From positions 1 to 61,509 of IMG/VR virus record IMGVR_UViG_3300036766_001627: 61,509 bases of DNA. One strand, written 5' to 3'. This document shows, piece after piece, positions 46,339 through 55,776 of the stretch. This DNA comes from a virus (Duplodnaviria; Caudoviricetes). Position 1 is the stretch's first letter. Each line of letters opens with the position of its first letter. The position numbers and the translations under genes were made by a program. Under the pieces are notes generated by a model that saw only the letters and a list, made by a program, of their open reading frames with translations, did no database searches and was not told the DNA's origin.

Positions 46339-46571
46339 ACTTCATTATAGGACCACGGTCTTCTCTGTCAAGTTTGACAAGAAGCACTCTGTGGGTGATA
46401 CTAGAGAATGACTATCTGCCGACTAATACTCCGTCTCATAGGACTAGGAAGCAGTCCTGCGCCGATGTCTCTACGTCCGCGCACGTACCTGCCCAGAGGG
46501 CCGCAGCCCTGGATCAGGACCCACTGCCAAGGGTAGTTGACAAGGCTCTTGTTTTATTGTATACTCCACCT

Positions 46572-47381
46572 ATGAGCATCAACCCCTTTATCAGCTACCT
46601 CCGCTGCGAGCGAGGATTCAGCGAGAACACCATCAGCGCCTACTCTGCGGATGTTGAGTCCTTTCTTGGTTTCGCCGGAGGTCATTTGACCAATGATCTG
46701 GTCCGATCTCATGTACAGCAGCAGAGCCGTCGGGGCATGGACTCCTCTACTATAAAACGCCGGCTGGCCAGCCTGAAGACCTACCTGCGGTGGACCGGAA
46801 CGGAAGACAACATACGTCTCGCCAACTGCATCGAGGCACCCCGCTTACGGCGAACTCTACCGCGGGATATCTCTCAGGTGAAGATGGAAAGGCTTCTCTG
46901 TCAAGACCTGTGTATCCGCGACAGGGCCATGCTCGAACTCATGTACGCCACCGGCGCGAGGGTTAGCGAGGTCGTCGGCATCCGGCTCAGTGATCTGAAT
47001 CTTGAAGACGAACATGTTATCCTCCACGGCAAGGGTGGCAAGGATCGTATTGTTCCCATCCATACCAGGGCCGTCAACTGCCTCCGCCGATACCTCGCCG
47101 GTCGGGCCGCTGGGGGATTCCTGTTTCCCTCCGCGGCGGGAACCCCTCTCAGCCGCGTCCGCATCTTCCAGATAGTGCAGGCCGCGGGCACCAGCGTCGG
47201 CCTGGATATAAGCCCGCACACGCTGCGTCACTCCTTCGCCACCCATATGCTGGGTGGCGGGGCTGATCTCCGAGTGCTCCAGGAGCTTATGGGACACGCC
47301 GATGTCTGTACGACCCAGCGGTACCTGGGCGCCGATGTTGCCCGGTTGAAACGGGTTGCGGCGTTGCATCCGCGGGCTTGA
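46572..47381 (+). CDS. XerC/XerD-like tyrosine recombinase
   Basis: RDRAMLELMYATGARVSE, GKGGKDRIVP, SPHTLRHSFATH..GGADLRVLQELMGHA...TTQRY; ATG 6 nt after TTGACA-17-TATACT. Confidence 0.92.
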   Translation: MSINPFISYLRCERGFSENTISAYSADVESFLGFAGGHLTNDLVRSHVQQQSRRGMDSSTIKRRLASLKTYLRWTGTEDNIRLANCIEAPRLRRTLPRDISQVKMERLLCQDLCIRDRAMLELMYATGARVSEVVGIRLSDLNLEDEHVILHGKGGKDRIVPIHTRAVNCLRRYLAGRAAGGFLFPSAAGTPLSRVRIFQIVQAAGTSVGLDISPHTLRHSFATHMLGGGADLRVLQELMGHADVCTTQRYLGADVARLKRVAALHPRA

Positions 47382-47625
47382 CTTCCACAAACGATGAGGT
47401 AAACTGCTTCTATGAGTCAGCAGAACAAACACGCATCAAAGGCCTACCGTCGCAGCACCCGCACAGCCCAGAAAGCGCGGGCACGGGCCATCCCGTTCTC
47501 TGGTGTACAGATAGGTGCCAACGTCGTGCGGCAGCACCAGTACAGAGCCGTCCGTGGACTTCCGCACTCCCCCACCACCGCGGTAAAGATTCAGCGCCCG
47601 GCCCCACGGCCCCTATAATGGACAT

Positions 47626-47931
47626 ATGAACCTCTCCAGCACCATCTTCTCATCCGGCGAGACACCCTTGACCGTAAGCAGCATCGGCGCTGACTGGCGT
47701 AACATCCTGGAGGTGCCGGGCACAGCGCTTGTGAACAGCATCACCATCGTCAACGAAGGCGATGCGGCGGGCTTCTGGCGCCTGTGGTCGAGTGATGCAG
47801 ATGTTTCCCCCTCTATCCGCCTACCCGCCCATTCCTCCACAACAGTCCCTGCGCCCGGCTTCTCCGGGGCTGTGCAGGTGAAGGCCGAGGCCCGCCTGCT
47901 CACTGGTCTGTTCGCTTTCGGTATCGCGTAG
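47626..47931 (+). CDS. Hypothetical beta-rich protein
   Basis: ATG 6 nt after TATAAT. Confidence 0.5.
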   Translation: MNLSSTIFSSGETPLTVSSIGADWRNILEVPGTALVNSITIVNEGDAAGFWRLWSSDADVSPSIRLPAHSSTTVPAPGFSGAVQVKAEARLLTGLFAFGIA

Positions 47932-47990
47932 GTTCGCTTTCTCGATCACGTAGGTTGATCTCCTTCAAGGACCCCCCCTATAATGTAGGC

Positions 47991-48572
47991 ATGAAGCGCA
48001 CAATCTCCCGCATATCTCTCGTTCTTATCATCCTCTGTAGTCTCACGGGGATCGCGGGCCTCACAACCATCCTATATCCTGAGACTAGCCCCTCCACCCG
48101 CGTGCAGCCGCCCGTGATCGTCGAGTGCCTTGACCGCTCTATCGAACCATACGCCGAGATGTGGCGGGTTGAGACGGCACGCCGCTTCGACAACGCCGTC
48201 GTTATTATTTGTCACGGCGGAGACTTCGAGGCAGGGCGATTTATCGTCGGCGCCGGGCTACAGCCTTGGAAACACGTAAGCACGGCCGCCGAGGTCGTCC
48301 GACACTTCCAAACCCTCTACCCGACCCGAACTCTGGTTCTCGTGGCCTGCAACCCAGGCCACTTGAAGCTGAGAATCCCCGGCGTATACTATGCACTCAA
48401 CAACGTGTGGGTCTACCCGGATAGAGACATACAGAGGGCCGAGGCGGCGGGAGAAGTATTAGCTACATGGACGAGTGACTGGAAGCATCTCCTGGAAGGT
48501 GACTCCACCCGATCCAGATCGGAAGTTTCGCCGGACTTCGTCGGCTCAATTTTTGAGTTCGTAAAGGAATAA
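47991..48572 (+). CDS. Membrane-anchored hypothetical protein (CHG / ACNP motifs)
   Basis: N-terminal TM; ATG 6 nt after TATAAT. Confidence 0.55.
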   Translation: MKRTISRISLVLIILCSLTGIAGLTTILYPETSPSTRVQPPVIVECLDRSIEPYAEMWRVETARRFDNAVVIICHGGDFEAGRFIVGAGLQPWKHVSTAAEVVRHFQTLYPTRTLVLVACNPGHLKLRIPGVYYALNNVWVYPDRDIQRAEAAGEVLATWTSDWKHLLEGDSTRSRSEVSPDFVGSIFEFVKE

Positions 48573-49051
48573 TGACACTTATCTTAGGCATCATCATCGG
48601 CCTCGTCGTCGGCGTCGCCTCGACTCTCGCGTACTTCGTCTGGGCGTTCAGGGAGTAGAGAGCTTCTTGAAGATAACGAGCTTACCACCAACCCGGCAGG
48701 TGTGCTCGATATACAGCTCTACCACCGCGGGGCTGCCATCGGGGAACAAGTCTCTCCGCCAACTATTTGTCCTGCCCTGAAGCATCTCCTCGGGACTTCG
48801 ATGGTAGATCGCCCAACTATTGGTTGGATGCCACACCTCCACAGTGTGGGCGTGGAGCACTACGTTGTTGGTTGCGGGTTCTTCTTCGTTCTGTCCCCGC
48901 GGGGCATAAACGTAGCAGGGAGAGTGGATATAGCACACATCCTGCGGCTAGCGGCTGCATAGACTGCCCATGTAGTGGCGCACCTGCGCCCACCAGCCCG
49001 GAAGTAGATCGGCCAGAAGATAGTCGTCCTCGAAGATAAAGAGCTGGGTTC

Positions 49052-49771
49052 TCATATGTGCTCCACGACGAGTGTTGTTTGGCCATCTCCACTCAGTACA
49101 GCACTCGCTAGAGGAATCAGCCACCACAGATTCGGGAGACAACCCTCTGAGGACCAGTTGTGCATCGTGTAGTTGTAGGGCACGGCAACTACCTGCTCCG
49201 CCGTGAGGCTGAAGGCATCCCTGTGGTCCAGTCGTGCGGCGAAGACAAGCACCTCCGCGGCCGCCACGCGGAACGTGGCGACGAACCGCCAGTCGTCGTT
49301 GGAGGTCTGTATGCCGCACTCCTCGCGGAACTCCCGAGTCATCGCCGAGAGAGGAGACTCGCCGGCCTCGACCTTGCCGCCGATACCGTTGAGGAAGCCA
49401 GCCTGCCAGTCCGGCTTCAGCTTGCGGATTAGGAGGACATCGTTGAGCTTATCGAACGCGAAGCCTAAACAATATTGTTGATTCATATGTTCCCCTGTTG
49501 ATCGCGGGTTCTTCTTCGTTTCCGCCTCTCTATTGTAAGTTCTCAACCAGGCGGTGATCTCCCAGCCCAGGAAATAATCGGTAGGTCCCATGGTGAGGTA
49601 GATGATGCGGGGGTCTGTTTCCTCAGATGTCACAGCCAGATCAGATACGAAGTACCCATTCACCCACCAGCCAATCGCCGACTCGTCCCGCTTCAGAATA
49701 AACCAACCAAATCTCTCCCGGAACAGCGACTCGTCAACACAGAAGTTCTCGCCGCGGCACTTGATCTTCAC
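49052..49771 (-). CDS. NUDIX hydrolase (possible internal start at 49486)
   Basis: GGKVEAGESPLSAMTREFREECG Nudix box. Confidence 0.85.
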   Translation of the reverse strand: MKIKCRGENFCVDESLFRERFGWFILKRDESAIGWWVNGYFVSDLAVTSEETDPRIIYLTMGPTDYFLGWEITAWLRTYNREAETKKNPRSTGEHMNQQYCLGFAFDKLNDVLLIRKLKPDWQAGFLNGIGGKVEAGESPLSAMTREFREECGIQTSNDDWRFVATFRVAAAEVLVFAARLDHRDAFSLTAEQVVAVPYNYTMHNWSSEGCLPNLWWLIPLASAVLSGDGQTTLVVEHI

Positions 49772-50481
49772 AGGTTCTCCTTCGAGACTGCTCTCATCTT
49801 AGCGAGTGCCTTCTCTTGTATCTGGCGGATACGCTCTTTACTGACACCCTGTAAGATGCCCACAACTTCCAGAGTTAGCGGCGATCCCGCGTGCTCTCCC
49901 TGTTCGCCAACGCCGAACCGCAGGCAGATCACCCGTCTCTCTACCGGAGAGAGAGAGGCTGTGGCCATTAGTCTAGTGGTGGCCGCGGCGGCACTCTCAT
50001 CCGGCAGACTATCTGCGACCGCCTCGGCAATGGCACATCGCTGAGCCTCGTGGCTATCTCTAGTTCTGGAACGTCGCAGCGTGATAACGACTGCCCGCTG
50101 GATCACAGGGAAGGCGTAGGTACTAAGGCGACAACCCTTCCTGAGCTTAAACTTATCCACCGCCCGCAGAAGTGCCTCGGTGGCCGCGCTCTGCAGATCG
50201 TGCTCTGCGCGGCCACCGCGATCCTGATTGGCGAAACCCGCCGCGATCTTGCCCGCGAGTGCCATATTGGCCTCACAGAGAAAAGCACGGCAGACATCTC
50301 GCCTCGCTGCCCAGAGGGGCACGGCGGCGTTCCAGGCCTCCGCTCCACGGGATCGCGGCCGGCGCGGAGCCGACCTACGCCGGGCATACGAGAGACGGCG
50401 GAGCCAGAGACGTTCCTCGACGGCCGAGAGACCAGTGCTGGTAGGCGGATGGAGGGGAAGGAGATTGGGGAAGAGGGTCAT
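49768..50481 (-). CDS. Sigma-70 family RNA polymerase sigma factor
   Basis: ANMAL, ALLRAVDKF...G.RLSTYA (region 2); LTLEVVG...GVSKERIRQIQEKAL (region 4). Confidence 0.88.
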   Translation of the reverse strand: MTLFPNLLPLHPPTSTGLSAVEERLWLRRLSYARRRSAPRRPRSRGAEAWNAAVPLWAARRDVCRAFLCEANMALAGKIAAGFANQDRGGRAEHDLQSAATEALLRAVDKFKLRKGCRLSTYAFPVIQRAVVITLRRSRTRDSHEAQRCAIAEAVADSLPDESAAAATTRLMATASLSPVERRVICLRFGVGEQGEHAGSPLTLEVVGILQGVSKERIRQIQEKALAKMRAVSKENL

Positions 50482-50488
50482 AGGCCGA

Positions 50489-51196
50489 TTATACACCCTC
50501 AACAGGGGGTTGTCCAGAAGAATCCAGCCCTGGACGGCCCGAGGGCCATGTGAGACCTCTCACGGCAAAATACTCGCGGGCCATCTCTACGATCTTCTCT
50601 TTTGTCGCGGACTGCCGATGGTGCTCTATCCCGAAGTCGGACTGGGACGTTGCCCAGTAGGTTGCGGTGATCTCGGCGTCTTCCGCGAGCGTCGGCTCGA
50701 CCAAGTCCAGTTTCTTCTTCCATGCGGCCTCATCCGTGAGGGCGGGGATATCCGCTATGCTCCCCCCGAGCACAGTGAAGGCGTCCTGGAGAATGCGGAA
50801 CTTCACAAGATTTGTCTTGTTTCGGTTGAATAGGTACGAGTCCTTCAGCCGGGACGCTGCCAGCTCCTTCAGTGCCACATGGACCTCTTCCCGCACCCCC
50901 TCGTCGGTCTCCGAGCGGAAGTCGTACTTCCGCAGGAGGCGGCCACGCAGAGCGAGTCTTCTGGAGCGATCTGCCCACGCGGCGTGTCCATCGGTCTGCA
51001 CGATAAGTTCACGGCGGTCTGCCCAGAGAGCGAGATGGGTGGCCTGTAGAGCCGCTATCTCAGACCGTTGCATCTGGCGCAGGGCACGAGTTTCTGCAGA
51101 ATAACGGACTCGCAGTTCATCAGACTCTGCCTTTTGCTTATTCCGCATCTCAGCAAAGTCAGCGGAAATTTTGAGGTTGATCTCTATGTTGGTCAT
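50489..51196 (-). CDS. Hypothetical coiled-coil protein
   Basis: ATG 6 nt after minus-strand TTGACA-17-TAAGAT. Confidence 0.6.
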   Translation of the reverse strand: MTNIEINLKISADFAEMRNKQKAESDELRVRYSAETRALRQMQRSEIAALQATHLALWADRRELIVQTDGHAAWADRSRRLALRGRLLRKYDFRSETDEGVREEVHVALKELAASRLKDSYLFNRNKTNLVKFRILQDAFTVLGGSIADIPALTDEAAWKKKLDLVEPTLAEDAEITATYWATSQSDFGIEHHRQSATKEKIVEMAREYFAVRGLTWPSGRPGLDSSGQPPVEGV

Positions 51197-51409
51197 ACCC
51201 CTATCTTAACCCAAGGCCGAGGGGTTGTCAACGGGACTTGGAGAAAATATAGTGCTGGTACCCGTACTGGCCCAAGGGGGGTAGGGGTACTAGCACTATA
51301 GTTGTTTCAAATCCTGTTGACTTATATACTTTTCTTTACAATAACAACAAAAATTATGTAAGTCTTTTATAATACCAAGGTTGTAGTTTTTCAAATTCTG
51401 GCAAATCCT

Positions 51410-51982
51410 GGACTCAAACTTCTGTTAGGGTCCGAGTTCTTGTTTTTTGGACTAAAAATGAGGAAGTTACGTCCAAAACCTTGTACACATTGGTCTACAG
51501 CCATTGGACTCAAACTTCTGTTAGGGTCTGAGTCTTATTTTTTGTGCTAAAAATGAGGAAGTTATGAACAAACCTTGTACACATTAGTCTACAGCCACAG
51601 GACTCAAACGTATGTTAGGTCTGTGTAAGGTGGGTTTATTATGACAAAGGGGGTTCATTAAGTTTTAGGGAGCAAGAACTGAGAGTTTGGAGTGGAGAAC
51701 CAAGAAGAGAAAGTTTAGATTTGGCGTTTCTCAAAAGTATGAAAAGACCGGGGTTATTTTCACCTAAGGCCATATAATCCCTATAATCCCTATAATCCAA
51801 CTTTTGCCATAATAAACCCAACCAACACTGGACTCAAACTTCCGTTAGGGTCCAGAAATCCTGGACTCAAACAAAACCCTAACAGGCCTGCTAAGCGTCC
51901 CGGCTTTTTCTGGTACCCCGGCTAACCGTCCTGGCTTTTTCGGGCAGGCCGGCTAACCATCCTGGCTTTTTCGGGCAGGCCG
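51410..51982. repeat. Iteron-like repeat region (candidate replication origin)
   Basis: GGACTCAAAC at 51410, 51506, 51600, 51830, 51863; ~95-bp tandem unit; (ATAATCCCT)x3; ~31-bp repeats near 51900-51982; AT-rich, lying between divergent genes. Confidence 0.7.
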
Positions 51983-52254
51983 GGACGATCAGCGTCCTAT
52001 AACCTCGCCGACCTATTATCGGACCCTCAGCCCGCAACCCGTCCGATAACTCGGAGGAGTCCTATAAGAGAAGGCCATTCCTGCCGACTCTCATATGGTC
52101 CTATAACCTGTCACCTCGATCAGAGCCTGCACCCATGACCGGATCAACTATACTTCAAAAATTCTGGAAAGCAAAAAAAATTCCGAGAAATAAATTTGCC
52201 TTGTGAGGGTTCGTATTGTACAGTTGAGTAGGTTTATTGTTAAGGAGAAGAATC

Positions 52255-52458
52255 ATGCAAACAGTGAAACGATTTGACGAAGTGGGCTTCATTATGGCGT
52301 TTGAAGGCGGGGAGCTAGATACAGAAGCAATCATAGAGGGCTTTCAGGCCCTTGTTGATTCGGGAATAGTTTGGCAACTACAAGGTTGTTATGGGCGGGC
52401 AGCGGCGGCGTTGATTCGGTCGGGCGAGGTTTTGGATACACTCGGAGTATTAGCATGA
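52255..52458 (+). CDS. Small phage early protein
   Basis: AAGGAG RBS; IMAFEGGEL...FQALVDSGIVWQLQG.YGR.A motif. Confidence 0.7.
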   Translation: MQTVKRFDEVGFIMAFEGGELDTEAIIEGFQALVDSGIVWQLQGCYGRAAAALIRSGEVLDTLGVLA

Positions 52459-52967
52459 GAATCAAACACAACGGAACAAAGACAACAAAAGCAACAAAGT
52501 ATATGCTTTGGTTATCGGCGGCAGACGTACGTAGATGGGTATTCAAGAAATACAATCGCCGGCCATGTAGTACACTTGCAGGCCATAGAGTGCAAATTGA
52601 GGTTGATGAGGACGGCCTGTTGGATTTTTGGCTAGACGGCGGGGGCGCCGGGCGGGAAAAGGATAAAATAGACGTAAATGAGGTTGAAGCGATTGTCATC
52701 GACTATCTTCATCCTGCTCTACGGCACTTGTGGCCAGTTTGGCCAAACCACACACAGAGCGGATACACACGGAGTATTAGCATGAGAACCAAACATTACT
52801 TTGTAAGCGAGCACGATGACACCAAGGCCGTTGTCATTCGTGACAACGAGGGCAAGATTGTGATCTCGTTCGGTGATCCAGCAAGTGGCGAGTTCGGGGA
52901 CTACAACACTAACCTCAAACTGGCGGTGCGTATTGTAGACTTTTTGAAAGAGGAGGGCAAACGATGA
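52455..52967 (+). CDS. Fusion of a paralog of 52964-53287 to a second small gene (internal start 52782)
   Basis: 35-bp RBS/start repeat at 52434-52468 and 52761-52795, in frame. Confidence 0.6.
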   Translation: MRIKHNGTKTTKATKYMLWLSAADVRRWVFKKYNRRPCSTLAGHRVQIEVDEDGLLDFWLDGGGAGREKDKIDVNEVEAIVIDYLHPALRHLWPVWPNHTQSGYTRSISMRTKHYFVSEHDDTKAVVIRDNEGKIVISFGDPASGEFGDYNTNLKLAVRIVDFLKEEGKR

Positions 52968-53287
52968 GAATCAAACACAACGGTTCACGGACGAATAAGG
53001 CGACAGAATACACAATGTGGCTGTCGGTGTCAGATGTTGAACAGTGGGTTTTTAATAAACAGGGTTGCTGGCCATGTAGTACGCTTGCAGGCCATAAGGT
53101 GCGGATTGATGTTGATGCAAACGGCCTATTGGATATCTTGCTGGACGGCAAAGGCGGAAAATGGCAAGACATAGATGAGGGAAATGGGCCGATAATTGAT
53201 GGTAACGAGGTAGAGGCGATCATTACCGACCACCTACTCCCCGCTCTGCGGCATCTATGGCCAGTCTGGGGGTGTCGGCCAAGGTAA
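52964..53287 (+). CDS. Hypothetical protein (paralog of the 52455 N-terminal part)
   Basis: MRIKHNG...WLS..DV..W...PCSTLAGH...LRHLWPVW is shared. Confidence 0.65.
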   Translation: MRIKHNGSRTNKATEYTMWLSVSDVEQWVFNKQGCWPCSTLAGHKVRIDVDANGLLDILLDGKGGKWQDIDEGNGPIIDGNEVEAIITDHLLPALRHLWPVWGCRPR

Positions 53288-53531
53288 GAGCGTTGCGTGG
53301 TAGGTGGCCTGCTTTCAAATCGCAAGTGGTAGCCGAAGTGTACGCCACCTCTTCTGGCAATGTGCCGGATCATCTGGACGCCTTTGAGTGTACTGAATGT
53401 GGTCAAGTGTATTATGGCAGAGACAGGGCGGAACGATGTTGTTCGGAGGACTAATAGGTTAGTTGCCAGAAAACGGGGAGCGGAGCGTTGCTTATACTTT
53501 ATGTCCCTACACCTACTTTGGAGGTTCTGTA

Positions 53532-53741
53532 ATGATAACGCAAAAAAATCATCAAAAGATTGCTATTGTGATTCGTGAGGAAGAATGGTATGGCCTGCAA
53601 CAATTGAATCCTGGCAACGGCCACTATGCCGCAGGCTACCAACGGGCTTGCCGTAACATGGCGGAAGCCCTAGCGAAGTATTTTGCTGCGGATAGTCCGG
53701 CCTTTAAGAGGGAGGACTTTCTCGCGGCGAGTGTTCCGTGA
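53532..53741 (+). CDS. Small phage protein
   Basis: GGAGG RBS; FAADSPAFKREDFLAA motif. Confidence 0.6.
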   Translation: MITQKNHQKIAIVIREEEWYGLQQLNPGNGHYAAGYQRACRNMAEALAKYFAADSPAFKREDFLAASVP

Positions 53742-53795
53742 TGTGGGGCAGGCGGAAGAAGCGTGCGAAGAGGTGCTTTAATATTAGGAGAGACA

Positions 53796-54029
53796 ATGCA
53801 GATAAAGGTAAAAACAGATAACGGCGGATCGGTCCTTTTTAACGAAGAGCATCATGTGTGGGCGTCATTCGGCGTCATGCCCTCTTGTGAACTGCTTTAC
53901 GCTTCGGCGACTTTGGACGATGGACGGCAAGTGGCGTTCTGTCTTAACCGAAAGACGGGACTGATCGAAGTCGATGTCATGGACGCCTATGGCGAGGGGG
54001 AAAAAGAGATTCTGCGGTGTACCGCGTAA
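53796..54029 (+). CDS. Hypothetical protein
   Basis: AGGAG RBS. Confidence 0.55.
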   Translation: MQIKVKTDNGGSVLFNEEHHVWASFGVMPSCELLYASATLDDGRQVAFCLNRKTGLIEVDVMDAYGEGEKEILRCTA

Positions 54030-54104
54030 GATTGAAGAGGACTTGACTGCATGGATTTTGTGTGGTATGATAGTCTTGGTTTAGATGGTATTTTCCCATG
54101 ACCG

Positions 54105-54141
54105 GCCCGCGAAGATAACCATTATCTTCGCGGGCTTTTTT
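54105..54141 (+). terminator. Intrinsic terminator
   Basis: 14-bp perfect stem GCCCGCGAAGATAA/TTATCTTCGCGGGC followed by T6. Confidence 0.85.
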
Positions 54142-54269
54142 GCGGCCCCGACTCCCCGACTCCCCGGCGCCCCGGCCCCACGGCGCCCCGGCCCCACGGC
54201 GCCCCGGCCCCACGGCCTAGCCTAACCATCCCAGCCTAACCATCCCAGCCTAACCATCCCAGCTTTTTT

Positions 54270-54331
54270 GGTCCAATAAGAAGGTCCGATAAGAAGGTCC
54301 GATAAGAAGGTCCGATAAGAAGGTCCGATAA
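54270..54331 (+). repeat. 13-bp tandem repeat GGTCCGATAAGAA x5
   Basis: Direct reading (first copy GGTCCAATAA); the core resembles a XerC-type dif arm. Confidence 0.9.
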
Positions 54332-54455
54332 TGTTTGGTCCTTTTGGTGTTGATCCTTAAGTGATGAGTTATCAGCATACCCTTGAATTACAAAAAAAGC
54401 AAATTTGTTAGACACAACGTAAGGCGTATTGTAGAGTGTAGTAATAGGAGAAATC

Positions 54456-54794
54456 ATGGCAACACGTTATCAAATTATCGCGGGCATCGGGTATGATCGG
54501 GAAGGTAGACAACTTGCAAACCCTGCGGCTCTAGTTCGGTCGCTGGCGGATGTTGCTACCAAAACATTTGGCGGGGTTACAATACTGTCGGGACAGGGAC
54601 ACTGGCTGGACAAAGGGAAGGTTGTTAGCGAAGACAGTATCATTTTTCAAATAGATGTTGTTACTGGAGAGTGCTTGGATGATGATGTTATGATTCCGGC
54701 CTTTGCAAAAACAGTACGTAACGTACTTAGTCAATCATCGGTGATGATTGTGCGGCAGACGTTGGACGAATTGGTTTTCGTGAGCGCGGACTAA
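54456..54794 (+). CDS. Small protein (DUF3574/PII-like fold candidate)
   Basis: FGGVTILSGQGHW...VVSE...LSQSSVM motif; AGGAG RBS. Confidence 0.55.
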   Translation: MATRYQIIAGIGYDREGRQLANPAALVRSLADVATKTFGGVTILSGQGHWLDKGKVVSEDSIIFQIDVVTGECLDDDVMIPAFAKTVRNVLSQSSVMIVRQTLDELVFVSAD

Positions 54795-54805
54795 GGGAGA
54801 ACAAA

Positions 54806-55030
54806 ATGGACACATTCTTCGCACGCGGTGGAGCGCCTAATGATTTCGTGAAAGGTTGGCGTGTTCTAGTTATAGGACGTAAGACATACACAGGCACATA
54901 TGTCGGTGTTGTGTCTAGTCTAGTTGACTGTTGTATAGTCCAATTGGATGATGACGTAGTAAGTAATGCCGTGAATTGTTTCTCGGCAAGAATGGTAGTA
55001 GTACATTTTGACAATCTTGAACGATTGTAG
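54806..55030 (+). CDS. Hypothetical protein
   Basis: GGAG RBS. Confidence 0.5.
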   Translation: MDTFFARGGAPNDFVKGWRVLVIGRKTYTGTYVGVVSSLVDCCIVQLDDDVVSNAVNCFSARMVVVHFDNLERL

Positions 55031-55041
55031 AAGAGGATACA

Positions 55042-55239
55042 ATGAACGGATACTGTGCTAATCGTGTACTGGAGTTGTTACATGCCGAGAACCAACGGCT
55101 TTGGAAAGAGCAAAAGGAAGCCGCTGAACGTGGTGCGGCGGAGATACCAGAATTGACAGCCGAACAGGCGGCCCTTATCAATCCCGATGGTTCGTTTAGA
55201 GGTGGTCCGATTACCGATAATGTGGGATCGGCAAGCTAA
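55042..55239 (+). CDS. Hypothetical protein
   Basis: GAGG RBS. Confidence 0.5.
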   Translation: MNGYCANRVLELLHAENQRLWKEQKEAAERGAAEIPELTAEQAALINPDGSFRGGPITDNVGSAS

Positions 55240-55428
55240 AAGGATTTTTCCTTGACACCGGGTAAAGGATATCCGATATCAGTTATGGTCACAAACAACA
55301 GGAGAATGGTATGAGAAACACACTGATACTTGCGGTTTTTGCGGTTGGGGCGTTTTCGGCTTTCCTGATTTCGTTAGGTTGGTACATCGTGGCGTCTGGT
55401 TTCTAAACGGCCTTTTCTCCACCCCCCT

Positions 55429-55470
55429 ACGCAACGCACGGCCAATTGTTGGCCGTGCGTTGTCGTTTTT
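55429..55470 (+). terminator. Intrinsic terminator
   Basis: CAACGCACGGCCA/TGGCCGTGCGTTG stem followed by a T-run. Confidence 0.8.
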
Positions 55471-55479
55471 ATTTCGCTG

Positions 55480-55583
55480 CCCCGACTCCCCGACTCCCCG
55501 ACTCCCCGACTCCCCGACTCCCCGACTCCCCGACTCCCCGACTCCCCGACGCCCCGGCGCCCCGGCGCCCCGACGCCCCGACG
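55480..55583. repeat. Octamer tandem repeat (CCCCGACT)x8 plus 5 variants
   Basis: Direct reading; related units at ~54146-54215. Confidence 0.92.
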
Positions 55584-55748
55584 TTATACCACTAATGGTA
55601 TAGATTCCCCTTAAAAAATACTAACCGCCTCTATTTTATTAGAATGCGGGTACGTGTGAGAAACCTGCCATTTTGGCAGAATGAGACAGAATGACACGCC
55701 ATAATGGCAGGTTTTTAGTTATCAGACGTAACACCTAGTCCAGAAGTA

Positions 55749-55776
55749 TGGTCCTATAATAAGAGTTATGTTAAGG
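55749..55776 (+). other. dif-like Xer recombination site (candidate attP or resolution site)
   Basis: TGGTCCTATAA-TAAGAG-TTATGTTAAGG: 11-6-11 layout; right arm 9/11 identical to the E. coli XerD arm TTATGTTAAAT. Confidence 0.65.

Noticed and set aside
46374-46571. N-terminal extension of the recombinase given in the ORF track
   Set aside because: A consensus promoter at 46537-46565 sits 6 nt before ATG 46572, where Xer-like sequence begins.
54216-54263. Second GGY-NN pentamer array on the minus strand
   Set aside because: The period is 14 nt (GCCTAACCATCCCA x3) and invariant, with no hairpin repeats or adjacent RAMP gene.
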